From: Eledone cirrhosa
Lineage: Eukaryota
Length of the DNA: 64,000 nucleotides
Reading direction: 5' to 3'
NCBI GenBank assembly: GCA_964016885.1
Contig: OZ024740.1
Span: 164,548,001-164,612,000 of the forward strand
Shown here: in pieces, positions 14,460 through 29,955 of the stretch
Position numbering within the stretch: the stretch's first letter is position 1
Layout: every line of letters begins with the position of its first letter
Translations under genes and position numbers: made by a program
The notes under the pieces: generated by a model
What the model saw: the letters and a program-made list of their open reading frames with translations, nothing else
Database searches by the model: none
What the model was told of the DNA's origin: nothing

Positions 14460-15807
14460 CTGTAGAATTACATGTCTTTCAGGGGAAACATATTTCTGAA
14501 GCGGAATATGAACTTCGATTTAGTGCAACAAACATTCATAAGTTTAATACCATTTATTCGGCCGTAACATTCCCATTAATAAAAACATAGAATGGCATTT
14601 TTTAGTTTTACACACTATTTTTATAAATGATTTATTAGTTTTGTTGAAAGCATTGTAATATCAGTGCAAATGAGATTTATCACTCTGATTGAAAATGTTA
14701 ATTTGAAAGTGATTCGTAAGAATCAAAATTCTTTTTCAATTATAAAGAAGATTTGAAAGATTAACAACGAATTTTGTAAAGAAATGTAAAGAGATATAAA
14801 TGGTTGAACAAATAGAAATCGTTTGTGGAATATTGCTTCAGAATATGGGGAATAATGAATATTTCAAGTTTATATTCAGAGACTTTCATAAATTGTTTGT
14901 TCAAATATTCCTCAACTGAATATTATTAGACAAGTTAGATCTTGTAATTCTATATTCTGAAGTGATTGTTTGTAGGTATGATAGTATATGTTTACCAGTA
15001 TGTAATATATTACCTAAGCGGTGAATTGGCAAAGTCGTTAGGATGGTTTCCATGCGTAACATTGTACTTCTGAAAAGCTTATTTCCCCACTTTTATGCTT
15101 AGTGTCCCATTTTATTTTACTAAAAATAAATTAGGAATCGCAGAATCTGAAAGTGGCCGTATGACATGTTTGAAATAACTGGTAATCCTCACTCAACTCC
15201 TATTCTACCTTCTAATGCATTTAAAAGAAGATGCAATAATGGTTGAAATGCCTTTGTCTGCATGATCTGAACAATAAAAATATTGAAAATAAAATAAATA
15301 ACGTATCCCATGCTGTGAGATAGAGGTTTTTATACAGAACGGAAAATAATTTTTGCTGTGAATTAAATGCACCATTTAAACTTTTCAATTCCATTTAAAA
15401 ACATATTTCTGGTGATGATAGAAACACAGAAAAACACAGATTTATTAGCTAAATAATTGCTATGGTTAATAAAAGTAACAGAAAACATTAGCAAAATGTG
15501 AGTATTCATGAATAAATATCTTGCTGATGCATAATAATGTTCAACGAATCCATTATGTTAACGAACCTTGCAAAAAGCACACGCACACACGGCCCCTCAC
15601 ACTATTAAACAAAGACTTATTAGCTTCATGCTTGTGGGAAAAGGAAAAAAGAATATCTCAAAGTATCGGATGATATTTCTTCATCTGGAAAATGTAAAGT
15701 TAGGAGAAAGATGTTGGAAGGTAGAAATAAAAAAGGGTTATAAAGATGGTTGAGCTGGGCAGGCTAGGGTGGTTGTAAGTATTCAAGCAGGGACAGCAAT
15801 ACACACG

Positions 15808-15871
<64 letters not shown>

Positions 15872-16271
15872 TATTGAAGTTTCCGTTGAAAATTGAAAAA
15901 GTCAGAGGAATGAAGAGTGCTCTATGTAAGATACAGAGCTAAATATTTAATGTATAATAAACAATACAGTATATTTCTTTATACATCTCTTGTATTATTA
16001 CTTTTATTTATTTTTTTACCTGTTAAATTTTTGCCTTTCTTGAGGAGATTTTTCAAATATTTCACTATGTTTTAAATTGCCTTGTCTGATGAACGCATGC
16101 GGACGTTTCTTGTATTCGTCTTATTCGGGAAAACTCTGGTAATGAGGTAATTATAGTGTATTGTTTATTATCCATTAAATATATATATATATATATATAT
16201 ATATTCCAATACATATCTGGAAACAACTATGCCTGAAGCTAAATTGTAATTCTATCATATATATATATATG

Positions 16272-16397
<126 letters not shown>

Positions 16398-16398
16398 C

Positions 16399-16443
<45 letters not shown>

Positions 16444-16686
16444 AATGACAATTTAGCTTCAGGCATAGTTGTTTACAGATATGTATTGGAATTTCGTACT
16501 ATAGAAGAAATACAGTATGTTTAAAATAAACACTTAGAGGGCCGTAGCTATGCCAAAACACCAGCGACTAACGCCGTCTGGCGGTGTCTAGCAGAAGCAT
16601 GGGGGACAATAGTGGATGCGCATTTCGAACTGAACTGGTTCCCTACAGCACCACCCCTCTCACTCTTTCTCATCTGTATAAATGAG

Positions 16687-17922
<1,236 letters not shown>

Positions 17923-18407
17923 ATTTAATTCGTTTTGTGCTATTTTTGCAATAACTACACATGCTGAATTCACTGGCGAACATAGGGGTTTTCTCCCCTT
18001 AGAACCTCATAAGTGCTTTCATACCCTGTGAGATTCTGGCGCACGAAGAACAAAATGCCTGTTGAGAAAGCGATTCCTTGTTCGATCATTATACCAAAAG
18101 CTTATTAATTTTTTATAAGCAGACAGTATTATTGATTTAGATGTCGCAGAAACACTATATCGGAGTATACCATCTTCCCCGAGGGTCCGGTTAACTATTT
18201 CAATCATATTTTGTTTGACTCGTTTAGCTTGTTCGCATTTTGGCTCAGGTGGTTAATGGCTTCTTAACCATCATCTCAGTTTGCATGACCTTTTTTGCTT
18301 ATTTTTATAGCTCTGGTATCTTCATATCCATGGAGCGCTTGTCAACACAATACGGAAGTTGCGTTTCGCTAATTTTACCCGCCGAAATGCGATTCTCGCT
18401 AAATTTA

Positions 18408-18541
<134 letters not shown>

Positions 18542-18919
18542 TGTGCATGCATGTATATATGCAGGTAGATAACCAGTAAAGTGTTATGTAGAGCTAAAGT
18601 AATAATTAATAGCTAGGTTGCACACGAACAAAATAAAATTTGCGCGTCAAAGAAACAAAAACAACCATCTTTCGGTACAATGAAGGGACCACATCATATA
18701 AAGCACATGTAACAAAGAGGCTTGAACAACAGTCATAAATATGCATATGAGACAACACAACAACGGGAGAAAACAAGGCAGTGCCTTTCAACAGGAACAG
18801 CAAAGCTAGTAAACAAAACAAAAAAGGTCTTAAGAGCTAAAATACGAGAAGTGCCTATGGCATAGACATAAAGACATACATATATGCATATGTATGACCT
18901 ATAGACCTATATATATATG

Positions 18920-19035
<116 letters not shown>

Positions 19036-19086
19036 TTATATCTCTCTCTATATATATATGCATATATATAAATATATATATATATA

Positions 19087-19156
<70 letters not shown>

Positions 19157-19183
19157 CATACACATATATATATATTTATGTAT

Positions 19184-19215
<32 letters not shown>

Positions 19216-19722
19216 GTTAAATATATGTATTATATGAGTGTAGATAGATATATAGGTTGAAGTAATGCTAAAAGTTAAAGGTTAAATTATAAGACAGTTA
19301 AGCTCGCTAATAGCTGGATAAAGAAATAAACAGACTTATACACGCATAACACTATAGAGAGTATGTACATGTAAGTATATACATACATACATGTAGATGT
19401 ATAACAGTTTTCTATATTCTGTATAGATTTCTTTCTATGTATTTTCTTAAGGACACCAGCGCACACACACACACAGGGTTGCACATACATGCTTAAACAC
19501 ACACACACTGATACATGTATATGTAGGAGAAAATTGGATAATGAGTAAATGGGATAACAGATATGTAAGCAAATAGATGTGCAAATAAGAGTATAGATAT
19601 ACACGTATGCAAATATATATATACTGTATATATATATATATATATATGCACACATACACATACGCGCGCGCGCGCACACACAGACACAGACACACACACA
19701 CAGGCACAGACAGACACACACA

Positions 19723-19771
<49 letters not shown>

Positions 19772-19780
19772 GCACGCACG

Positions 19781-19814
<34 letters not shown>

Positions 19815-19844
19815 CTCACACACACATATATATATATATATATT

Positions 19845-20140
19845 TCGTTTTTGAATTTGTTTTGCAAGATTTCCTATCTGAAAACGTGTGTTGAATCAGA
19901 TATTGTTAACTTTGGGAGGGTCATGCTGCCAACAAAAACACACGCAACTTTTGGTTTTCACTTCAATTTATTATAAATTTCTGGTTGGCTGGTTGGCTGG
20001 TTGGCTCGATAACCAGATGGTTGTTTATATATTGTCAAATCTCTTTCCTCACACATTCTGTGACCTCCTCAGTGACTAGGCTTTTATTTTGTGTCTCTCC
20101 TTTGTTCTGCCCTACACCATCTTGTTTTTTTGTGTTGTCA
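19845..20140 (-). mobile_element. PLE pseudo-LTR fragment (family B) with a degenerate HHR at 20034-20076
   Basis: Homologous to 42045-42150 and 42700-42970; gtca-CTGAGGA..GAAA..tgac on the minus strand. Confidence 0.75.
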
Positions 20141-20504
20141 ACACACAACAGGAAGATGGTGCACTGCAGCACACACAAATCTGCAGGAGTACAAAGATAT
20201 ATATACTTCTCAACTGGTATAGTACTGTTTAAATTTCGTGGAGGATCCGCTGGTAATCGATTAATATTAAATCAATAACCAGCAAATTCTAGACAAAAGA
20301 ATTCCCATTGGCTAGCAGTCTTTTGTGAGTTTTCTCCAAATTGACCTTACTACTAAATTTTCAAGTCGGTACCGGTATACCACCGGTATACCACTGACAA
20401 CATCAGTGGCAGACGAGCTGGATTGGCAGGAATGTTTAATATGGCAGCATGACTTCACCAATATGGAGCACTCAATCATAATTCAAGAAAAAAAAAGGGA
20501 GTTA

Positions 20505-21240
20505 ATCATAATAATTGATTCTACTTTTGGCACAAGGCCAGCAATTATTACAGTGTATTACTGGTACTTTATTTTATCGGCCCCGTAAGGATGAAAGGCA
20601 AAGTTAACCTCGGCGGGATTTCCCTTTTTTCCTCACGGAGTTAATCATAATAATTGTTTCTATTTTTGGCACAAGGCCAGCAATTATCCCAGTGTATTAC
20701 TGGTACTTTATTTTATCTACCCCGTAAGGATGAAAGGCAAAGTTAACCTCGGCGGGATTTGAACTCAGATCATAAAGGGCTGTAACTCTATGCTACAAAG
20801 CATGGTGTCCGACCCTCTACCGATACTGCCAATCCACCGTTAATCATAATAATTGTTTCTACTTTTTGGCACAAGGCCAGCAATTATCCCAGTGTATTAC
20901 TGGTACTTTATTTTATCGACCCATTAAGGATGAAAGGCAAACTTAACCTCAGCGGGATTTGAACTCAGTCCGTAAAGGGACGTAACTGTGCTACAAAGCA
21001 TGGCGACCGACCCTCTACCGATACTGCCAATCCACCGAATCATAATAATTGTTTCTACTTTAGGCACAAGGCCAGCAATTACCCAGTGCATTACTGGTAC
21101 TTTATTTTATCGACCCCGTAAGGATGAAAGGCAAAGTCAACCTCGGCGGGATTTGAACTCAGATCGTAAAGGGACGTAACTATGCTGGAAAGCATGGCGT
21201 CCGACCCTCTACCGATACTGCCAATCCACCACCGAATCAT
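20505..21240 (-). mobile_element. Head-to-tail array of one partial and three near-full SINE copies
   Basis: Repeated ~200 bp units with A/B boxes; aatcataataat at each junction. Confidence 0.9.
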
Positions 21241-22019
21241 AATAATGAGGGTTCAACTGATATCCAGTGATTTCGATCTCGTTGCTTACAATTTGCTCAA
21301 TAAATTCATTTGGGGCACAGGTATAGGAGTAATTCACCCTCTCATCTATTTCATATCTTACCCTATAACTCAAACAGCTAGCCTGGAATGGATGTCTCGT
21401 CTAGCTTCTTTTTATGGCAACAACCACTCCTATTTCGTAAAATGGTCCTCTTTGAACTATAGAATTAATTATTTTCAGTCAATGATATTTCTTACTCCAG
21501 CGGTACCAGGAATACTTGAAGTCCATTGGTTATTAGCTATTTCGTTTCCGCATCCTTCCCTTTCTACACAAATATAACTAAGAAAATATTTTTTATTTCA
21601 TTTATCTCTGACGATTTGCCGAACACAGACATAATGCGAGTGGATGAATAGAAAAAAAAGTATTCCTAAACAGCTCTGATAGATAATTACTGAGCGGTGA
21701 TGAAACACGTGTTAGATTATTCAATCAAATAAGTCTGTCTTCAAATTTCTCCTCACTTCATGCCTGTTTTTCCCAATACATTATTTTATACAAAATTACT
21801 CATTATATTTATTAACCCACTAGGAGTTAAAATCCGGAAACTATATTACATAACTGCATTATCCACCTTGAGCCCAACTATCTGTTAAGATGTACTTTCA
21901 CAATTTTTACATATTTATTCCTTACAAATACAAATTTACTAACATAAAGAGAAAACTTCCTTACCCTCTCATATATATGTATACACATACACATGCGCGC
22001 GCACAGACACACACACACA

Positions 22020-22057
<38 letters not shown>

Positions 22058-22058
22058 A

Positions 22059-22116
<58 letters not shown>

Positions 22117-22691
22117 GAAGAGATGGATAGAGATAAAGAGTAAGAGATAGAGCGAGAGACAAACAGGCATTCAGATATAGGGAATTCAGATTTGAAGAAA
22201 CAAAGCGAAGAATTTCTAAATAATATGTCAAGTGTTCCACCCAGTCACCCGCTTTTAGTGATATCTTTGGCAAATTTTCTGAACTCTGGTCTGTGTCTGA
22301 GAGAAGAGACAACCATGGCCTTATACATGAAATATATACAAATCTGCAGACAATTCTCAAACACAAAGACTCAGTGATTACTATAAGTATTAAGGAACGA
22401 GTAGTTTTTAAGTACTTCGAGAAAGGTCAACAGAGGAATAATCTATAATAACAACTGACACATCAGAACAACAAATGTTGGTTTGGCGGTGCTAGAAAAT
22501 AGCTTAAATTTATAAACGTATGCGTGTATGTATGTATGTATGTAGGTACGTATGTATGCATGTATGCATGTATGCATGTATGCATGCATATATATATATA
22601 TGTGTGTGTGTGTGTATATATATATTTATATATGCGTGTGTGTATATATATTTCTATATATATATATATGCATATATATATATATACACAT

Positions 22692-22737
<46 letters not shown>

Positions 22738-22767
22738 GCATGCATACATACGTACATATATACATAC

Positions 22768-22867
<100 letters not shown>

Positions 22868-24019
22868 CAAGAAAATACAGGCAAAATGTCAGCGGGGCAG
22901 AGATTAGGCAGGGGAAATAGAGGAACCAAACAAATAATATATATGAAAAAACAGGGTTACGCAGTAAAGATTTTATAAAACGTATAAACACTAGTAAAAC
23001 TGCCTGAGAGAATAGGGGGCAGAATTAAGGGAAAGATGTGGAGAATTCTATAAAAGGGATGGAAGAAGAATAATATAAATCACAGTATCCAAAGAAGAAA
23101 AAACACAGAAAGAAATACAGTAGTTCAACGGGCTAGAAATAGCAACCCCAAATTCCTCAAAACAAATTAAACTTTGACAAAAAGTATTGAATTAGTTTAC
23201 GTAGTCTTACATATCTGTTTGGTTTATTATATTTATCAATAATTATGTGAAAAAAGAATATATATACAAAACCATTGTGTCTTCCACACAATCCTCAAGG
23301 GAACATTGTTCTCTATTCTGTCCGCCGGGGCATCGGGGCGGCCAGCACGATGGGAAAGCGGGAGCGACTGAGGCAGCGGTAGTGGGAGTTTTGTTCCATC
23401 GTGTTCGGACCTGGTTTACATGTATATAGTTATTTACCACACCACATTAACTGTATATTATATTCATATATATTTATATATATATATGTGTATATATATA
23501 ACGAAGGAAGTGTGGTAAAGAACCAGGTGGACGATAACGCACCATAGTACACGATACTTAGGGTAGTGGGAAAAGAGTCAGGATCCCGACGGCTCAGTTC
23601 CGGTCGTTTCGACAGCGAAACGGCCGTAGCTCAGCCGTCGGCTCCCGATTCTTTTCCTATATATATATATACAAATGGAAGTTTAGTAAAATCGAAGTTT
23701 TGACTGTGGCTAAGCTAACGATATACAATTAGGAATGTGCAGAAAAGCACTCGATAAGACTGTGTCCCCTTAGAGTAATAACGTACGTTAGATAGCTTGA
23801 CAAATTGAAAACCGCGGCAGGTGAGCCTAGTCACATAATACCAACGCAACGAAAAAACAATCATATATATATACATATATATCAAAGTACAAAATATGAG
23901 GAAATAATAGACAAAAATATACCTATTTTTTCTTCAAAGACCCGACTGCAGTTTCGCCGATATCTGTCTGCCACTGTGCATTATAAAAATGCATCATCAT
24001 TGTGAGGTTTTCAAGAAAC

Positions 24020-24056
<37 letters not shown>

Positions 24057-24252
24057 TTTGACAGGTATTATATTTTATCTACCCTAAAATGATGAAATGC
24101 AAAGTTGGCCTCAATGTGATCTGAACTCTAAGCATTAGGAGCCAGAACAAATACTGCAAAATGCTTATTCAGTGCTCTAACCAATCTGACAACACCACCG
24201 TCCTTATTGAATATTTGAACATTAGTAATGATATGAGTGTGATGCTTTAGAG

Positions 24253-24823
24253 CAGAAGACTCTGAAAGTGGCTGACACAGCCTCCTGGGTGGCGTTGAGA
24301 AGGTCAAGGGGGTGCTGGGGCCTAAGGGGTTGCAGGGTAGGGGCGGTAGAGATGATATAATAGTATATTAAATATCAAATGATACATATTATATATAAAT
24401 ACAGTAAAATAAAAGATATATGATATTTATGCATAATATATATCATATTATTTATTTATGCATAGTATATATTATATTATTTATTTATGCACAGTATATA
24501 TATTATTGTTTCTACTTTAGGCACAAGGACAGCAATTACCCAGTACATTACTGGTACTTTATTTTATCGACCCCCGTAAGGATGAAAGGCAAAGTTAACC
24601 TCGGCAGGATTTGAACTCAGATTGCACAGTATATATATTATGTTATTTATTTATGCATTATATATATTATATTATTTATTATATATAAATTAACGATTTT
24701 ATTTATTATATATTATTTACAATTTGCGTGTAAGCAGGTCTCTATGGAAATAGGTTTAGAGAGCGCTGAGAGTATTAATTGGCCGTGAATTGGGCGGTGG
24801 CCCAAAAGGTTTGAGAACCTCTG
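24253..24823. mobile_element. Non-autonomous hAT (Charlie/Buster-like) element with a nested truncated SINE
   Basis: 8 bp TSD ctttagag/gtttagag; termini cagaagactctgaaa / tttgagaacctctg; nested SINE 24506-24622 has an 18 bp TSD tgcacagtatatatatta. Confidence 0.75.
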
Positions 24824-25279
24824 GTTTAGAGGAAGCCACTCTGTCGTAGTCCACCTTTAGGGGATTGCTGTTTACAAAAGTTATAATTTGGAATATTTCA
24901 CTACAAAACCTCTTATGCTGTTTAATGTTTTTTTTTGTCTATGAGTAATTTTTCGTTTGAGAATGCACAAATGGCGGATTGTATTGGATGTTGATAACCA
25001 TCTGTGAAATGTAAATGCATCGTAAGCTGTTATTTTATGTGATGCTAAACTATATGTATTTATGTGTGCGTGGCTTGACATAACCAATGTCTACCATATA
25101 GCAATAGAAGGTTACACAGTAATTATTTAATATAAACACAATGGCTCATGTAAACGTGTCTTACATACACTTTCATCCTTACCCGAATAAGCAACGAATG
25201 GAGTTGTAATGTAACTTTATAAGCTTCAGTAATAATAAACAAATATAGAATACCAGATTAGCCAGAATCCAGTCCAGAC

Positions 25280-25498
25280 TATGTCACATACTTCTTTTTT
25301 CAGCAAACAATTTTTGCTGGACCGGCAACCGCTCTGTATAATCAGTTCCTGATTATTACTGGAATTCTATAAGAATTCAACATTCTTAATTTTCAGCAGG
25401 CAAAGGGAGTGCTAAGCTCTGATCAGTACCAACAGTACGAAACAGAGATCTGTCAGCTTATCTCCCTTTGTTTGCTGAAAAAAGAAGTAAGTGACATA
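25280..25498. mobile_element. Small MITE-like element
   Basis: About 30 bp terminal inverted repeats tatgtcac..cagcaaacaa / ttgtttgctg..gtgacata. Confidence 0.55.
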
Positions 25499-25617
25499 TC
25501 ACTACTTTAAAACAATAGCGTAAGGTCTTCAAAATGCTTTTAATTAAGCATACAGTGTATTGCAAAATACACTATATATACATTCATATATATATCGCTA
25601 TTTCAGAGCACCAATTC

Positions 25618-25684
<67 letters not shown>

Positions 25685-25829
25685 TTATATATATATATAT
25701 ATATAGAGAGAGGGGGGGGGGGGAGTAGAATAGATACCTAATTATATCAGATCCATTATATTTAAAAAAATACATTACGTCGTTCACTGGAATTCCTTCT
25801 ATGCACATATTTTCGCTTCAATCGTCTAC

Positions 25830-25914
25830 CTTTAGCTGTTCAAAAGTAACCTCAACCATGTCGTTCTCAAAGTTACCCAGGAGGCAGCAAAGCTCGTGAG
25901 CACATGTTCCTCCT
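25830..25914 (-). other. Candidate 85-nt exon
   Basis: tttcttctag acceptor, aag|gtagac donor; one open frame GGTCAHELCCLLGNFENDMVEVTFEQLK; no family recognised. Confidence 0.3.
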
Positions 25915-25994
25915 CTAGAAGAAATCAAAATTAAAATAAGAAAAAATCACAAAGTATACAGTTATAAAAACATTTAGTAGAATATGTGTACTGA

Positions 25995-26210
25995 TTTTAT
26001 TGGCAATAACAGTAGAGCGTCGGACAACATGTTTTGCGGCATAGCGTTACGACCCTTTACGTTCTGAGTTCAAATCCCGCTGAGGCTAGCTTTGCCTACA
26101 ATCTTTACGGGGTCGATAAATAAAACACCAGTAATGCATTGGGGTCGATTTAATCGACCCCCACCCCCCAAATGCCTGACCTTGTGCATAAATCGGAAAT
26201 CATTATTTAG
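25995..26210 (+). mobile_element. tRNA-derived SINE
   Basis: B-box gagttcaaatccc and central domain. Confidence 0.8.
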
Positions 26211-28944
26211 GCATAAGCCGGGAAATTTGGGGAGGTAAAGAGGCAATTTTATTAACGCCAGTATGTGCGTGGTACTTATTCTATCGGTCCTGGAACGTAG
26301 CCATACAAAGTTTACATCGTTGAAATTGGAAATAATAGGTAAAAGCCCGCAACTAAATACCGTAGAATATTTAATTCACCGCTCCATCATAGTAAAGCAT
26401 TTAACGTTTAGGATTTACCGTGTGGGCTACAAACTCAGTGTTTAACCAATATATTCTATTATTCCAAGAGACGAGAAAGACAGTCGAAACTGCTGGGATT
26501 TGAATACGGAGCCTAATGGTAGGGGATGAAATAAAGCGTGCCTGATGAATGGTAAGAATTGGGAAAGCATCGGACAATATGCTTCGCCGGATTTAATTAC
26601 TTTCATTCGAAGTTTCGCATTCAAAACGTACTGAAGAAGATTTTGCCCTTCCTAATTATGGGGTCGAAAAGATAAGTATCATTCAAAATACAAGGATTCA
26701 TACGACACAACGTTTCATCCCTCAAAATATGTAGCTCTGAAAATGTGTTGGTGTAAATTCTACCAATTTTGCCATCCATTATCAGTACACTTTTGCTAAT
26801 ACTATAGATTTCTAGATGTTAGATACAACTACCGTGGAAGGCTCTTAACTACTTAAACCCATTTAGCAACAAGGAGTCTTTACGCAACTCTTACGGATAA
26901 AAAAACACACCGACTAGTAACTAAATACACACACACACATGCGCGCACACACACACACACATATGTGTATGTATGTGAGCATGTATATGTGTGTACGTGT
27001 ATGTATATATATATATATATAATTATATATATATATGTATATATTGACAATATTGATGACAATAGTGATAGACAAAGAGATAAAAAGGAGGATAATAAGA
27101 ATACGATGATGGTGAGAAGAAGAAAAAGAAGAAGACATACGCGTTGAATGTTGTATATGTTGCTGCCTAAAGATAGAATTTTATTACTGCGTCGTGTAAA
27201 AAAATGAAGTATTGCGGGAGGGTGAGTGGGGTGTTGGTCTGGCAAGGTGTTCTATATGATAGTGTTTGTGTGGCGGTTTGGGCTTATACGTATCTATTTG
27301 TTATTTATGGCTTTTTTATGTATCTGCATATGTGTGTATGAGTGTATGTATTTAGATGTATGTGTCTGCTTGTTTTTGCGTAAGTGTGCGTATATGTGTT
27401 AGTGCGGACGCGCGTGTGTACTTATAATTGTTGTAATTCGTTAAAGAAACATGTCAAAAAGGTTTGAAATCGCTTTCGTCTATTACACCAATGGGGATAA
27501 AAAGTTTAAGTACTATACTACAAAAGCAATTTTTTCTTTCTTCTCTTCCTGTATATATTCGTTTATTTTTTTCGGTTTACTTTTTACCTTTTATTTTTTG
27601 TCATTCTTTACTTCTTTCTTTATCTATATACTTATTTATTGTTTTCTGTAAGTTGTTTTTATTTATGTTTTTCTCCTGCAAACATTTCTCTCAAGGGTGG
27701 AACACCTCCATCACGGCAACAAAGAAACGCATTCTTCAACACTATGTAAGACACAGGTTCAACGCAGTGTTTATACATATACGCTATTAGTCAACCGGAG
27801 GATAAAAGGCAATTTCTACGCTACCATATATACCCTTCTTTGGATTCCACACTCACTTTTATTTGTCTTCAAGTAAATAAACCCAGCAAACACTCGGGAT
27901 AAACAGTGGCATGCTGAAGGGTTCAATTAGAGTTTATTTGTTCAACATCAAGCCTAAGATGTCAAGAGGCTTCTCTCTTTCACAATTTCTCTCTGTCGTT
28001 TTATCGTTCTTACAGTTTCTCTCATTCGTTGCTTATCACCCCCTCTCTCTCTCACTCCCCTCTCCCCTTCTCTCTCCCTTCTTTCTCTATATATCTATAT
28101 ACCTATCTCACTCTCCTCTTACTTAATCTCTTCTCTTAGTTACAATCATTTTTATGTGTTTCCCCTAATTTATTATTGGCGGTTTTCGCAATCTCTTTCT
28201 AACCCATTTTGTCAATAACCTTTACATACTACGTAGCTCCTCAAACACTATCTGTATCTCTCTTTCTATCTTCTCTTCCCAAATCAAGCCGCTATCTGTT
28301 TCTCTAATTTATTATATTACCTAACTATTAGGTTCTTTCAGATTCCAAGCAATTATTGAGTATCTTGTGGATTAATGTGTGTTGTAATAAATATCTAAAT
28401 AGAACTGTCATCTCTGTACAATCAAAGAGTTACCACCTCTGTACAGCAGTTGATAACTGCAATATGACCTGCCAATTAATTACTACAGATTACAGTCCCA
28501 TACATAATTAATTAGTTTGTAAGTGTACCACAAATTTATTTATTTCCACGAGATGAATTTGAAGATAGCTAAGGTATAATGTGATCCTATTTCTTTCAAA
28601 ATTATATTAATATTCACAGCAAAGGATAAGTGCAGTGTCGCTCTTTGTATTGAATATCTCACCTCCGAAATACTCATGTTGACTCTGACAGGATACAAAC
28701 CGCTAGCATATTAAATATCTGTCCAGTATCCTAACGAGAAAACCATGGACGAACTTCTAATAGTCCGTTATAAACCGGAAGCTGCTACGTGATCGCGCTA
28801 CCTACAAGAAATAGCAGCTAACATTCTTGCAAATGTACAATCTACCATCATAAAAGAAAACAATGCATTAGACAATGTTGTCCTAAAAATGTAAATTCTT
28901 GCTTTAGATCGTAGGCGTGTTCAATCACAATTGAAATGGGGCAA

Positions 28945-29365
28945 AAATAATGATTTCTGATTTTGGCCCAAGGCCAACAATTTTGGGGGGTAGGGGAAAG
29001 TCGATTAAATTGACACCAAAGTGTTACTAGTACTTTATATTATCGACCTCGTAAAGTAAAGCTAACCTCGGCGGGATTTGAACGCAGAACCTAAAGGTCC
29101 GTACCTCAATGCCATAAAGTAGGTTGTCCGACGCTCTACCGATACTGCCAATCCACCACCCGAAATGAGGCAGCAATAATTATTTCTCCTTTTGGCAAAG
29201 GCCATCAATTATCTCAGTGTATTACTGGTACTTTATTTTATCGACCCCGTAAGGATGAAAGGTAAAATTAACCTCGGCGGGATTTGAACTCAAACCATAA
29301 AGGGCCGTAACTCTTTGCTGCAAGCATGGCGTCAGACACTGTACCGATACTGCCAATCCACCACA
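28945..29365 (-). mobile_element. Two tandem SINE copies
   Basis: Same family; units about 28945-29160 and 29175-29365. Confidence 0.85.
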
Positions 29366-29764
29366 AGAATAACCATTAAATTAATCTGTATTACAAATAG
29401 TCTCGTCTCCTATTTCTTTCTCCTATACTTCTCTACCTACGTATCTGATATCATTTCAGTACTAACCTTCAGATTATTGCAGTTATTATTCAAATCGATT
29501 TCAGCCTTAAGCGAGCAGTCATATATTCAAAAGCGTTCCTTATGTGAGAATCATACCTTATTTGTTTATATAGTCCTGCATTCTTCATTGTGACTGTTTT
29601 TAAAGACAGGGATGAATCAATAATCTCCTCCACCTTACTGTTTTTATCTCAGAACTTCACTTCAAAGTCGATAATGAATTGAAATTAATGTAGTCAACCG
29701 CATCTATAATATTTGTTTTCGACCATAGAAAACATAATACCTCATCAACATTATTAAAATTATT

Positions 29765-29955
29765 GTTAGATTGGCAATATTGGTAGAGAGTCGGACACCA
29801 TGCTTTGTAGCATAGAGTTACGGCCCTTTATTATCTGAGTTCAAATCCCGCCGAGGTAAACTTTGCCTTTCATCTTTCCGGGGTCGATAAAATATAGTAC
29901 CAGTAATGCACTGGGATAATTGCTGGCCTTGTGCCAAAAGTTGAAACAATTATTA
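29765..29955 (+). mobile_element. tRNA-derived SINE
   Basis: A/B boxes, central domain and att tail. Confidence 0.85.

Noticed and set aside
20505-21240. Repeat array as CRISPR, or SINE heads as tRNA genes
   Set aside because: Units are ~200 bp SINEs with no repeat-spacer pattern; A/B boxes are present but there is no full cloverleaf
26540-26580. CTGATGA..GAAA
   Set aside because: Overlaps a decayed SINE head and has no stems
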